Under the pieces are notes generated by a model. It saw only the letters and a program-made list of their open reading frames with translations, did not search any database and was not told the DNA's origin. Source: Octopus sinensis (taxonomy: Eukaryota). From it: a stretch of DNA of 64,000 bases. The stretch spans positions 200,198,001-200,262,000 of the forward strand of contig NC_042997.1 of the NCBI RefSeq assembly GCF_006345805.1. Direction: 5' to 3'. Positions 48,161-60,584 of the stretch are shown one piece after another (the stretch's first letter is position 1; the number at the start of each line of letters is the position of its first letter). The translations under genes were made by a program, and so were the position numbers.

Positions 48161-49244
48161 ACTAGCTGAGGTACCCGGGAATACCCAGGAGCGGGGATAT
48201 TCCCAGTACCCATAACAATGCCTTATTTCTCTCAAATGAAAAATGAAATCAAGACACAGAAGACGTAAGCCAATTCATTCACGAAACAATAATCCAAATA
48301 AATAAGTGTGGAATTGGAAAATGACAATCATTTGGTCAGATGAGTGAAAAGCTGCAAATATATAATCAATGGAAACATCAAGAAAGGAGTGCTATGAAAA
48401 AAAAAAGAACATAAAATTTGAAAAGTAAACAAAAAATTATTTAGAGAAAAGAGATTTTATACTTACAAAAACACCTGGAGTACAAAGGCAACAACATGGC
48501 AGTCATAAGAGCTGTAAGATGCTATGAGGAGGGGAAAAAAGTATACAAAAATGACGATTTTCGTCAGTTTTGGGCAAATTCTCTTGCAACCTGAGAAAAA
48601 CTTTTAAGTGCACGTGCACTTAATTTGACGACTGTGGTTCATGGGTATAGTTCCACTGATCGTGAGAATCAAATATCGATTGCAATGGTTAGAACTGACA
48701 ACTTTAAGTGCAAGTGTTAAGAAAGTGCATGTTGCATGTTTTAGCACACAATGCTGCAATGTTTAGAATCGATAGTTTTAAGAGCAGGTGTTAAGAGAAT
48801 ACATGTTACAGCAACCTGAGAATGATGAAATAACTGATGAACATTTTAGCCTCACAACAATTTAGACGAAATTTCGTTAATCAGTTAATCCAACATTATC
48901 TTACGCCTTGCTCGAGTGACCTAGTTAAAAATTTATTTGTCTCCAATCCATCCTTAGTGCATATTCCATCTGTGTATACAATCTCAAGAAAATTGGTTGA
49001 AAACTTTAAAAGTTATGGCAGGGAATAACATATCCTACTGATTTTTGAAAAATCGATGCTGATTAAAAATTATCGAGATTTTTGTAATTCCAAGTGCCTA
49101 AATGACTACATGGGCATAAGCCGCACTCCCACATGGGTCACGTTTCATCAAAATTGGTTGGATAGTCTCAGAGGAGTTAAAATAACAAATTCACAAATGC
49201 ACACAGCCACAAACAGACAGAAATTGGCATTTAGGTATATAGAT
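48161..49244 (+). mobile_element. Non-autonomous Helitron/Helentron-like element, ~1.08 kb
   Basis: Starts ACTAGCTGAGGTACCCGG and ends TTTCATCAAAATTGGTTGGATAGT..ACAGACAGAAATTGGCATTTAGGTATATAGAT, an architecture typical of DINE/HINE-like repeats (from recall). Confidence 0.55.
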
Positions 49245-49363
49245 AACAATACATGATACGTCTAAGTATTCATTTAACTAAATATACAAAAATTTATAAA
49301 TAATCAACAGAAATGAGTTAACAGATGCATATATACGGAAATCAGTACATATACATACATGCA

Positions 49364-49404
<41 letters not shown>

Positions 49405-49408
<4 letters not shown>

Positions 49409-49700
49409 TCATCATCATCATCATCATTATCGTTTAACGTCCGTTTTCCATGCTAGCATGGGTTGGATGGTTTGACTGAGGTCTGGAGAGCCAGTGGCTG
49501 CACCAGGCTCCAATCTGTTCTGGCAGTGTTTCTACAGCTGAAACTCCTTCCTAATGCCAACCGTTCTGAGAGTGTAGTGGGTGCTTTTTATGTGCCACTG
49601 GCACTGGAGCCACTCAAATGGACCTGGCATCGATCATGTTTGGATATTGTTTTTTACGTACCACTGGCATTGGGGCCAGTCAGGGGCTTCTGGCATTGGC
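49405..49700 (-). mobile_element. RTE 3' tail
   Basis: (CAT)n tail and 3' UTR with 2 units. Confidence 0.83.
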
Positions 49701-50133
49701 ACACACACACACCACACACACACATACACACGCACTCACATACATACATACATACATACATATACCCAGATATACATATATATATATACCTATATACTTG
49801 CATAAATATTTATAAAAGTCTATATAAAAATAAATACATCTACAAAATAAAAGTGTAATAAAAGATAAATTTATAATTATGAGTATAATAATAATTTTCA
49901 CGAATTTAAAACCTGCTGTTTAAAATAATAACAGCCAATATAGAATTATAATATAATATAATGGAATTTAAATAAATGTTATTATAAGATAATTTACTCA
50001 CAATATATTTTTAGATTATTAAATCTTTAGTATTATGCTAATTAATAAAATATTGATAAGTAAATGATTCTAATCAAGTTACTAAATAATAATAATAATA
50101 ATAATGATGATGATGATGATAATAATAATAATA

Positions 50134-50166
<33 letters not shown>

Positions 50167-50329
50167 TATATAGATACAAACACACACACATGATTTCAAT
50201 ACAGAGCAAATACTTCAGGTGACAAAATATTTGTGAAGATATTATTGACTCTGTTATTATCTAGTGTAACAATTAAAAATGATAATAACAGAATCAATAA
50301 TATGGACGATTGCAGCGCCCCTCACCCAA

Positions 50330-51180
50330 AGCATTAACTAGCTGAAGGATTAAAATTAAACAAAGGACATACTAAGTATGTCTACCTGCTGTTATTTCCA
50401 GCAGGTAGACATATCCCAGAGCTCCAATAATTACAGGTATAAACCTGAACTTATAATCTGGATAGAGTAACTGCAGATTTCTCAATAGTTCAGCATAGGT
50501 ATTCTCTTTTTCACTGATCTTCAGCTTTATGTCAACATCTACTGGGCAGCTGATTTGCACACCTGTGCACAGTTTCTCTTCTCTATCTCAAATCATTATG
50601 TCAGGTCTGTTGTGCTTACATTTTATTGAGGTTTTCACTGGGACATTCCTCCAGTATTATGAGTGGCTACGGCTTCTACCATACTGTGGGTTCTTATTTC
50701 TTTGTCCTCGGGGTTATCCTTCTGATGGATTTCATTGTAGAGTGTCCTAGCTACAACATCATGTCTCATCAGTGGATAATAATGTGATGACAACTGCTTA
50801 TGATGTAGGTGATATCTTCAGTGTAAACTCCACAAAGTCTGCATCAGTTGTAACATTTTACTGCTTTTCCTGCATCTCTATCCCTTTTGTGCATTAGGTA
50901 CATCGAAGTGGGAGGTGGTAATCAAGCTATTCATCCATGATAAACTGCTTTGATGATCAATGTTACTATCATCTTGGAGCTTTCTTCTAACATATCCATG
51001 CATAATCTTCTGATCACATAGGCTCATCCTTTCATCTGATGATACATTGCAGTAGAGCTATGCAACTTCTTTGGGCATGTATTCAAGGTTATCCGACAAG
51101 GAATATTGTTCAAGGAGCTGCCTTCCAAGTCTTATGATATAAACCTCATGTATGCAAACTTAGTCAAGTGATGCATTTCA
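50330..51180 (-). pseudogene. R4/Dong-like non-LTR retrotransposon fragment: CCHC knuckle and restriction-like endonuclease
   Basis: CRLCGVYTEDITYIISSC..RHDVVARTLYNEI and QISCPVDVDIKLKISEKENTYAELL...FIPVIIGALG; multiple lesions. Confidence 0.75.
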
Positions 51181-51587
51181 ACACTTGATGTGTGTATCTT
51201 TATGTTTGTATGTATGTATATATGTATGTATGCGTATGTATGTATGTGTGTTTATGTATGTTTGTATGTATGTATGTATGTATGTATGTATGTATGTATG
51301 TATGTATGTATGTATGAAGGAGGGGATTGACACTTTTAAGAGAGCACGTATCCAGCATGAAGAACTTAAGTGAGCTGCGCGAAAGCACCCGGCTCGTATA
51401 GTGAATGGGGAAAGCTTGGTCTGCAATGTTTGCAGTCATGTATGCTTGTCAAGAGCTGGGTTCATTAGCCACCAACGGAGCCGCAAATGCAAAATATAAG
51501 TTAGTCCTAGAGTGCACAATGTTCCTGAAGGTCAGCAATGGTCTTCCTCGGTCACAAGTGGACGGCCATCATGTATGTATGTATGTA

Positions 51588-51618
<31 letters not shown>

Positions 51619-51824
51619 ATGTATGTGTATTTATGTATGTATGTATGTATGTATGTGTGTGTGTATGTATGTATGTATGTATGTATATGTGTGTGTATGT
51701 ATACATGTATGTGTGTGTATGTATGTATGTATGTATGTATGTATGTTTGTATGTATGTATGTATGTGTGTGTGTATGTATGTATGTATGTATGTGTGTAT
51801 GTATGTATGTATGTGTGTGTGTGT

Positions 51825-54800
51825 ATCATCATCATCATCATCGTCGTTTAACGTCCGCTTTCCATGCTAGCATGGGTTGGACGGTTCAACTGGGGTCTGG
51901 GGAGCCCGAAGGCTGCACCAGGCCAGTCAGATCTGGCAGTGTTTCTACAGCTGGATGCCCTTCCTAACGCCAACCACTCCGAGAGTGTAGTGGGTGATTT
52001 TATGTGCCACCGACACAGGTGCCAGACGAGGCTGGCGAACGGCCACGCTCGGATGGTGTTTTTATGTGCCACCGACACAGGTGCCAGACGAGGCTGGCAG
52101 ACGGCCACGCTCGGATGGTGTTTTTATGTGCCACCGACACAGGTGCCAGACGAGGCTGGCAGACGGCCACGCTCGGATGGTGTTTTTATGTGCCACCGAC
52201 ACAGGTGCCAGACGAGGCTGGCAGACGGCCACGCTCGGACGGTGTTTGCGGTACTGGCTACGGTCCCGTTCAGATGGTTTTCTTATGTGCCACCGGCACT
52301 GGTACCACAAGGATACAAATTCCATTGATGTTCATCTATTTTGATTTGGTTTGACCTGATTCGATTTGACTTTGATTTGATTTGCCTCAACAGGTCTTCA
52401 CAAGTGTCACAAGCAGGAAGGTATGCACAGGCGGACTGACTACGTCCCAGGTAGGGGCCACGGGTTATGGCTTCACTAGTCTTGCCGGGTCTTCTCACGC
52501 ACAGCATACTTCCATAGGTCTCGGTCTCTGGTCATTTCCATGGTGAGACCTAACGTTCGAAGGTCGTGCTTCACCACCTCGTCCCAGGTTTTCCTGGGTC
52601 TACCTCTTCCACGGGTTCCCTCAACTGCTAGGGATTGGCACTTTCTCACACACCTATCTTCATCCATTCTCGCTACATGACCATACCATCGCAATCGTCT
52701 CTCTTGCACGCAACAACTGATGCTTCTTAGGTACAACATTTCTCTTAGGGAACTAACACTCTGTCGAGTAAGTACACAGACATTATACATCCATCGGAGC
52801 ATACTGGCTTCATTCCTCATGAACTTATGCATGTCCTCAGCAGTCACGGCCCATGTTTCACTGCCATGTAGCATGGCAGTTCGAATACATGCATCATACA
52901 GTCTGCCCTTTACTCTGAGCGAGAGGCCTTTAGTCACCAGCAGAGGTAAGAGCTCCCTAAACTTTGCCCAGGCTATTCTTATTCTAGCAGTTACACTCTC
53001 AGCGCACCCACCCCCACTACTGAGTTGGTCACCTAGATAACGGAAGCTATCAACTACTTCTAATTTTTCCCCCTGGAAAGTGACGGAAGTTGTTTTCTGC
53101 AGATTTTTGGAGGTCAATGCTCCCGAGCATCTGCCACATATAAAGACTGTCTTCCCAGTTAGCCTACCTTTGACATTGCTGCACCTCTTATGTGTCCATA
53201 GCTTACACTGGGTACATCTTATAGAGTTTCTACCTACACCTTTTCTACAGATCGAGCAGGGCCATCTTCCTGAGGACATTTGTGGGTTGCCTACCTTTCT
53301 ACTTATTAGTACTTTGGTTTTAGCTAGGTTGACTCTAAGGCCCCTCGATTCTAAACCCTCCTTCCACACCTGGAACTTCTCCTCCAGTTCTGATAGTGAC
53401 TCAGCAATTAGAGCGAGGTCGTCAGCATAGAGGAGCTCCCAGGGGCAACCTGTCTTGAATTCCTCTGTTATTGCCTGGAGGACTATGATAAATAGGAGGG
53501 GGCTGAGTACTGAGCCCTGGTGGACCCCAACCTCTACTTTGAATTCTTCTGTGTACATGTTGCCAACCCTAACCTTGCTTACGGCATCTCTGTACATGGC
53601 TTGCACAGCCCTCACCAGCCATTCATCTATCCCTAGTTTCCTCATTGACCACCAGATGAGGGATCGGGGGACCCTATCAAAGGCTTTCTCCATGTCAACA
53701 AAAGCCAGGTACAGGGGCTTATCTTTGGCTAGGTATTTCTCCTGCAGTTGCCTTACCAGGAATATAGCATCAGTGGTGCTTTTCCCTGGCACAAACCCAA
53801 ACTGCATCTCATCTAAACTAACTCTCTCTCTAATTAGTTGGGCTATGACCCTCTCCGTAACCTTCATTACCTGATCCAACAGCTTGATACCTCTGTAATT
53901 ATTTGTATCTAGGGCATCACCTTTACCTTTGTAGCAGTTGACTAGTATGCTGCTACACCAGTCATTGGGTATGACTCCTTCGTGTATCACCTGGTTGACT
54001 ATACGGGTGACTAGGTTATAGCCGACACTGCCAGATATTTTGAGCATCTCTGCAGTAATTCCTGATGGGCCTGGGGCTTTCCCTGTCTTCATGCTTCTAA
54101 TTGCCTTAGCTACCACGGCACTATCAACTCGGATAGCTGGTCCCTCTGTTGGGTCAACATTCGGCAGACTCTCTTTATCCCATTCATTTTCTTTATTCAG
54201 CAACCTTTCATAGTGGCATCTCCAAACCTCTCTCTTTGCTTCCTCATTTAGCGCAAGTGAACCATCATCCATGCGAACACACTTCTCTCCTACCACATCA
54301 CGATTCTCTCTCACACAGTCTTGCAACACGAAATACCTCAAGTCTTTCATCCTCACGGCGCAGAACATTGGCAAATTTTTCTTATCCGCTTCCCCTCTGG
54401 CTAAATAAACCTGTCTCCTAGCTTCCCTTCTGGCTGTCTGATACAATTCCCTGCTACCACCGTTCTTCCAGTCCTTCCAAGCCTGTCTCTTTTGTCTAAT
54501 AGCCCTGTCAACCACAGTGTTCCACCACCATGTTACTCTGGGTTGAGATGGTACTTTGCTCCATCCACAGATCTGGTCAGTGGCTGTCAGCAGATTGTCC
54601 CGTAGAAATCTCCAGTTGTCTTCCACATTAAGTGTAGCTATATCCCCTTCTATTTTGTCAAAGGCTTCGAGTAGTATGTCTCTAAATCTCTGTCCATTTG
54701 CAGGATCTTTAAGCTTCCAGACCCTTCTCCTCCAAGCAGGTCTTCTTCTGGGCAACCGTTTAGCTCTGATCCTGAAATCGCTAACTACTAATCTATGTTG

Positions 54801-54895
54801 AGGAGTGCATTCTTCGCCTGGAAAGGTTTGGGCATTTATAATCAGCCCTCTTTCCCTTTTTCTGGCAAGTATGTAGTCAATCTGGCTGGTGTGTC
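51825..54895 (-). mobile_element. RTE-clade LINE, 5'-truncated in the endonuclease, inserted in a (TATG)n array
   Basis: ORF plus ~650-bp 3' UTR plus (GAT)n tail; microsatellite on both flanks. Confidence 0.95.
52476..54895 (-). pseudogene. RTE ORF2 (APE C-terminus, RT, PHD-like finger)
   Basis: QIDYIL, KAPGPSG, NYRGIKLL, DMEKAFDRV, HQGSVLSPLLF, YADD (53418-53429), RLRWYGHVARM, RGRPRKTW. The first ~20 aa of the track ORF are microsatellite. Confidence 0.93.
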
Positions 54896-55344
54896 TGTAT
54901 GTATGTATGTATGTATGTATGTATGTATGTGCATATAAGTATACACACACACACATATATATAATATGAAGCTATCAAAGGACCCTTGCCTAAGGTATCA
55001 CACAGTAGAATCCAACCTGAAACGACATTGGGGAAAAGCAAATTTTTAGTTCCTCAGCTGTATCTGTACCAATTACATAATGTAGTCCTAGATACACTGT
55101 ATTTGATTAAAACACAAGAGGGTCACTGTTGGAACATTTACCATCACAGTTTTAGCCATGTGGCTCTGATTTGGAGTGAAACAGTAAGAAATGTAAACCA
55201 AAATGGTATCACAACCACCACCACCTTCATCATCATTTGACTTCTGTTGTCCATGCTGGCATGGGTTGGACGGTTTGACCAGAGCTGGTAAGCTGAGGTA
55301 CATGTTTCTGTATGTAAATCTGAAATTTATGGAACATTCTTTTA

Positions 55345-55860
55345 TTCTTTTAGTAATCTTTTACTTGTTTCAATCATTTAACTGTGGCCATGCTGGATCA
55401 CCGCCTTTAGTTGAACAAATCAACCCTAGGACTTATTATTTGTAAGCCTAGTACTTATTCTTTAGCTGAACCACTAAGTTACAAGGACGTAAGCACAACA
55501 GCATCAGTTGTCAAGTGATGGTGGGGGACAAACACACACACACACACACACATATACAAACATATATATATATATGACGGTTTTCTTTCAGTTTCTGCCT
55601 ACCAAATCCACTCACAAGGCTTTGGTCAGCCTGCGGCTATAGTAGAAGACACTTGCCCAAAATGCCACACAGTGGGAGTGAACCCAGAACTATGTAGTTG
55701 GTAAGCAAGCTACTTACCACACAGACATGGCTGCATGGTACAAAGCTTGCTTTCCAATCACATGGTTCCAGGTTTAGCCCCACTGCATAGAAACTTGGAC
55801 CAGCCAAAGCCTTGTGAGTGGATTTGGTAGATTGAAACTGAAAGAAGCCTGTTGTAGAAT
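55345..55860. mobile_element. SINE family 1 (minus, 55345-55735) head-to-head with a deleted plus copy (55740-55860)
   Basis: Both match the family consensus. Confidence 0.8.
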
Positions 55861-56505
55861 ACATGCACGCGTGCACACACACACACACACACACACCTTA
55901 TATGTATGTATAACTGTATAATAATATATCATAATAATATATATTCTCTGATTTGGCAATTTTTAAATACAAACAAAAGATCAGAAAATGATGAGCTAAA
56001 CCTAGACAGAATCGAACACACAAATCAACACTAATAAGGCTCTCTGCACATCCAACTGGTCAAATGCTCACCCATCAATTTCAGTCAAATTTAGTGAATA
56101 TGTACTTAAACTGTCTAATTCTACATATAATATTTGTAAACAAACCAGAAAGGCTCTGTAAGTTATAGAGAGAAAGCTACCATGGAAGACTCATAGTATA
56201 ATAATAACTGTATAATAATATATATTTTCTGATTTGAAATGACAATTTTTAAATACAAACAAATGGCTGAAAAATGATGAGCTAACCCAAACCAGACTCA
56301 AACCCACAAATCAGCACTAACACGGCTCTTTATTATTATACTCTGAGTCTTCCATAGTAGCTTTGATGCTCATTTACTCGAAGCGATAAGATTCGTTTCA
56401 GCTTCGCATGACTGTTTGGTACTAGGAGACTTCAACGCTCCCACGATCGATTGACCCGCATCAATTTCTACAACATCTTCCTGGTTCGGCCAGGCCCTTC
56501 TTGAC

Positions 56506-59016
56506 GTGACTGAAGATTGTTTTCTATCGCAACATGTTGAATATCCGACAAGGCATCGGTCTGGGCAGCAGCCATCTATGCTAGATCTGGTATTCTCCCG
56601 CTATCCAAGATCAGTGTCAGACGTATCTGTGTGCGCCCCTCTTGCCAAGAGTGATCATGCGGTCCTGAAGTTCGTCATGCACACAACTTTTTCTACGCCC
56701 ACGACTACTTCGCTGCCATGTAGAGTCTTCTCTGCAATTAATCTTGAAATTCTAACCGAGGCTTCCGCGCTTCTGGACTGGCGATCCCTGATGACGTTGT
56801 CCTCAGTTGACGAACTATGGTCATCCCTCAAAGCATATGTAATCTGTTTGACTGACCAGGCAGTTCCCGTTGGGCTTCCCAAGAGGAAGAAACACAAGCC
56901 CTGGTTGACGATGAAGGTTAAACGAGAACGTCGACTCAGAGATATTGCTTGGGCTGAATTAAAAAATCTGGATTCGACTGCAGCTTTTGAGGTGTACAAA
57001 ACTCAACGAGACCGAGCCGTGAAAATTGAAAAGAAAGAACGCTTCAGTTATGAATACAAAATCGCGGCAAATGCCAGTAGCAATCCAAAAACCTTCTTTG
57101 CCCATGTCCAGCGGAATTCCCGCTTGAACAACCAGATTGCAACGTTGGTAGACTCAACAGGCGTATCGATTGAGGACCCTTATCAACAGAGTCAATTATT
57201 TGCCGAGGCTTTTTCAACTATTTTCAAACAAGATGATGGTCGTGAACCCCCTCCATTTGATAGATCAGTATCTCCAATGCTTCAATTGGTCATCACGCGG
57301 GACGAAGTTAGTTAGTTAGTTAGTTAGTTAATTTGGCTCAAAAGCAAATAGCAAGGCCATGTAGGGGGACATGGAGTTAAGTACAGGGTGGTGTTCATGT
57401 AAAGAGTTCAGGCCACTTGAGGTCAAGGGAGGCTTTGAACAAAGCGGTCGTCGGCATCTTCACCATCTCGTCTGGCAGCTTGTTCCACGGATCCGCAACC
57501 CGGACGGAGAAAGCTCCTCTCCTTCGATTGAGTCAAACGTGTTATTCAAGGCCTCGATGTCAACAAGGGTCACGGCCCTGACGCCATACACCCACGGGTT
57601 ATCAAAGCGTTGGCTCTGGTCATCTGCGAGCCCATAACATGACTATTCAATATGTCATTGGCGACGGGTGTTATACCTGCAGACTGGAGGACAGCGATAA
57701 TCTGCCCAATTTTCAAGAAAGGGAGCCGCGAAGACCCGCTTAACTACCGACCGGTTTCCCTTACATCAATAATCAGCAAGATGTTTGAAACCATCCTTAA
57801 GAAAAGTATGATGCTCCACCTCCTAAACACAGCCTCTATCTCTGATTCCCAACACGGCTTCGTGCCGAAGAGATCATGCTTGACCAACTTACTAGTAATG
57901 GAAGAATTGGTGACGCGCATCCTCGATGATAGTGATGCTGTTGACATCGTTTTATTGGACTTTGCCAAAGCTTTTGACTCGGTAAACCATCGCCTATTAC
58001 TTGTCAAGCTTCAAGCATATAGTTTCCATCCAGATATTGTACGATGGGTTGGTGCCTTCCTCTCAGATCGCTCCTTCCAAGTCCAAGTTAATGGTTCGCG
58101 GTCCGACGTCTCCAGTGCGAGCAGTGGCGTGCCTCAAGGTTCAGTGCTTGGGCCCTTGTTGTTCTTAGTCTTCATAAATGACTTGCCTGACGACCTCACG
58201 CAACACACCCTTCTATTTGCCGACGATATCAAACTGGTCGCTCCTCGCGGTAATATAGAGGATCTTCGTCGATGCCTCCACCAAATTTGGAAGTGGTCTA
58301 ACGATTGGGACCTGTGTCTGAACGTGTCAAAGTGCTGTCATCTGCCTGTCGGCTCTACTCCTGCAACTCAACTTGATTTCGAGCCGGGTCGTCTGCTGCT
58401 GGAGAGGACCGATCAGGTAAAGGACCTGGGTATCTTCGTGGATTCCTCCTTTTCGCCTTCGGCCCAGTGCGTCCATGCTGCCAACAAAGCACGCGGAATT
58501 CTGTTCTTGATTCGACGGTCATTCGGAATGCTCACAGCAGCCATATTCCTACCACTCTATGTCACGCTGGTGAGACCCATATTGGAGTATGGGATTCAAG
58601 CCTCTTCTCCTTATCTCCTCAAAGACATACAGCATCTCGAAAGAGTCCAGAATCTGGCTACCCGCATGGTTCATGGTCTCAAAAATTTGTCCTACGAAGA
58701 AAGGCTGAGGACGCTCGACCTTTATTCTCTTGAAAAACGCCGCCGCCGTGGTGATCTCATTCTCGCCCACAACATCATAAGTGGAAAGTGTAACCTCTCG
58801 AAAGAGCTGTTCTTCACTCCTGCTCCAGAGCGTCGGCTGCGGGGTCATTCCGAAAAGCTCTACCTGCGACGATTTCATCTCAATCGAAGGAGAGGAGCTT
58901 TCTCCGTCCGGGTTGCGGATCCGTGGAACAAACTGCCAGACGAGATGGTGAAGATGCCGACGACCGCTTTGTTCAAAGCCTCCCTGGACCTCAAGTGGCC
59001 TGAACTCTTTACATGA
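56506..59016 (+). pseudogene. CR1 ORF2, broken by a 225-bp antisense insertion and a TGA at 57640-57642
   Basis: Removing 57309-57533 restores DEV|KRVIQGLDVNKGHGPD in frame with the RT ORF. A further in-frame TGA lies just after GDFNAPTID, upstream of 56506. Confidence 0.9.
57309..57533 (-). mobile_element. 5'-truncated antisense copy of the same CR1 family
   Basis: Reverse complement equals about 58878-59098, with 2 substitutions and a longer (CTAA)n tail. Confidence 0.93.
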
Positions 59017-60584
59017 ACACCACCCTGTACTTAACTCCATGTCCCCCTACATGGCCTTGCTATTTGCTTTTGAGCCAAATTAACTAACTAACTAACTAAG
59101 CCTTTCTAGTTTGTTTACAAATATTGTGTGTGTATGTATGTGTGTGTGTTTGTGTGTGTGTTTGTGTGTGTGAGTGTGTGTGTGTGCATGTGTGTGTGTG
59201 CATATATGTGTGTCTGTGTCTGTGTTTGTCCCCTACCACCGCTTGACAAGTATTGATGTGCTCATACCCATGTAACTTAGTGGTTCAGTAAAAAGAGATC
59301 AATAGAATAAGTACTAGACTTTAAAAAAGAGTACTGGGATTGGTTCATTGGACTAAAAGTTCTCCAAGGAGGTGCCCCCAGCTTGGCCACAGTCTGATGT
59401 CTGCAACAAGTAAAAGATGAAATATATTTTACCTCATGGCCGTTGACATGAAAAAATGTGGTGTTTCCAGAGGTATTGTTCCTTTAAATATTTTAGATAT
59501 TTATCTAATTTATTGTGAAAAACCAGAGTGATTTACAAATATTGAACCAAGAAGAATAGAATGAATTAATGGGTCTTTGTTTCTTTTCTAAGCAGACATT
59601 ATTTTTTAAACTTTTTATCCTAAAATAACGATACAAAAAAATGTTATAAAAACAAAGGAAGATCAAATTTAGATAAATTGATATAGTTTGAAAGATCAGA
59701 GAAGAAAATTAAATTTATTTCAGGAATCGGTGGAAAAAAAAAGCTTGAGAAAATCATTAATATGCAAGAAATACGTTGCAAATATTGAAGTAAAAAGCCA
59801 AAAGAATTTTCAAGTGTGGTAAGAGGAACAGAATTTTGATTTTCATAAATAACCAGGTATTTGGTAAAGATAAAAATGGGTGTTTACTGATTGATAAATC
59901 AAAATCACTGCAGAACACAACTTACCAAAGAAAATTCAATAAAACTATCAAACCTCATGAAAATGTCTTTATTTAGATTACAGCAGACGCATTTATCAAG
60001 ATTGTGAGGAACACTAGAACACATCAGATTTATGGTACGATATCTTCATCCCATACATTTCAAATTCTTAAACATTATTATAATTCTATTCAAGAGATGT
60101 AAAACTTGTTTGAAAATATATTTCTTCTACCAGGCAAGATAATGTCAGAGTAAAAGTTCAGATGCTAGTTGTATAAATAGATATTTCTTTGAAATGTCAC
60201 ATAAATTTACATATTGTCAAAAACTTTGGACAATAAACATAAAGAAATCACATTTTTATTAACTGATTCATTTATTTAGCATTTTATTTATTATCCATAA
60301 ATTTAACTGTTTTGTGTTTATTTGATATTTATTAGGTGTGTAGGATGTTAAGTACCAGATTGTTACTAAAGGTAAGTTATGATATTATATTTTAATACTT
60401 ATTTCACAAATTTCATAGCGACTGAATTAAAAGTTATTTGTGAGAGTGTGTAACTCATTGATATATTATTCCCTTAAGGCAGCAAGTTGGCAGAATTGTT
60501 ACTGAAATTTCTGTAATCCTATGGTAGCTATTTAATAGTAGCTATCTAGATGTATAAAAGCTCTACCGTCTTCAATTCATTGTA

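Larger units (their letters stand above)
56364..59098 (+). mobile_element. CR1-type LINE, 5'-truncated, (CTAA)n tail
   Basis: GDFN endonuclease motif, DPLNYRPVSLTS, QHGF, DFAKAFD, GVPQGSVLGPLLF, LFADD, LERVQ..ATRMV, RRRGDLI. Confidence 0.92.

Noticed and set aside
52476-54956. Active full-length 826-aa retrotransposon protein
   Set aside because: The N-terminus is microsatellite, most of the endonuclease is missing, and an internal compensated frameshift is likely.
57371-57637. Separate 88-aa gene (duplicate of the 58549-59040 minus ORF start)
   Set aside because: It is the antisense reading of the inserted CR1 3' fragment.
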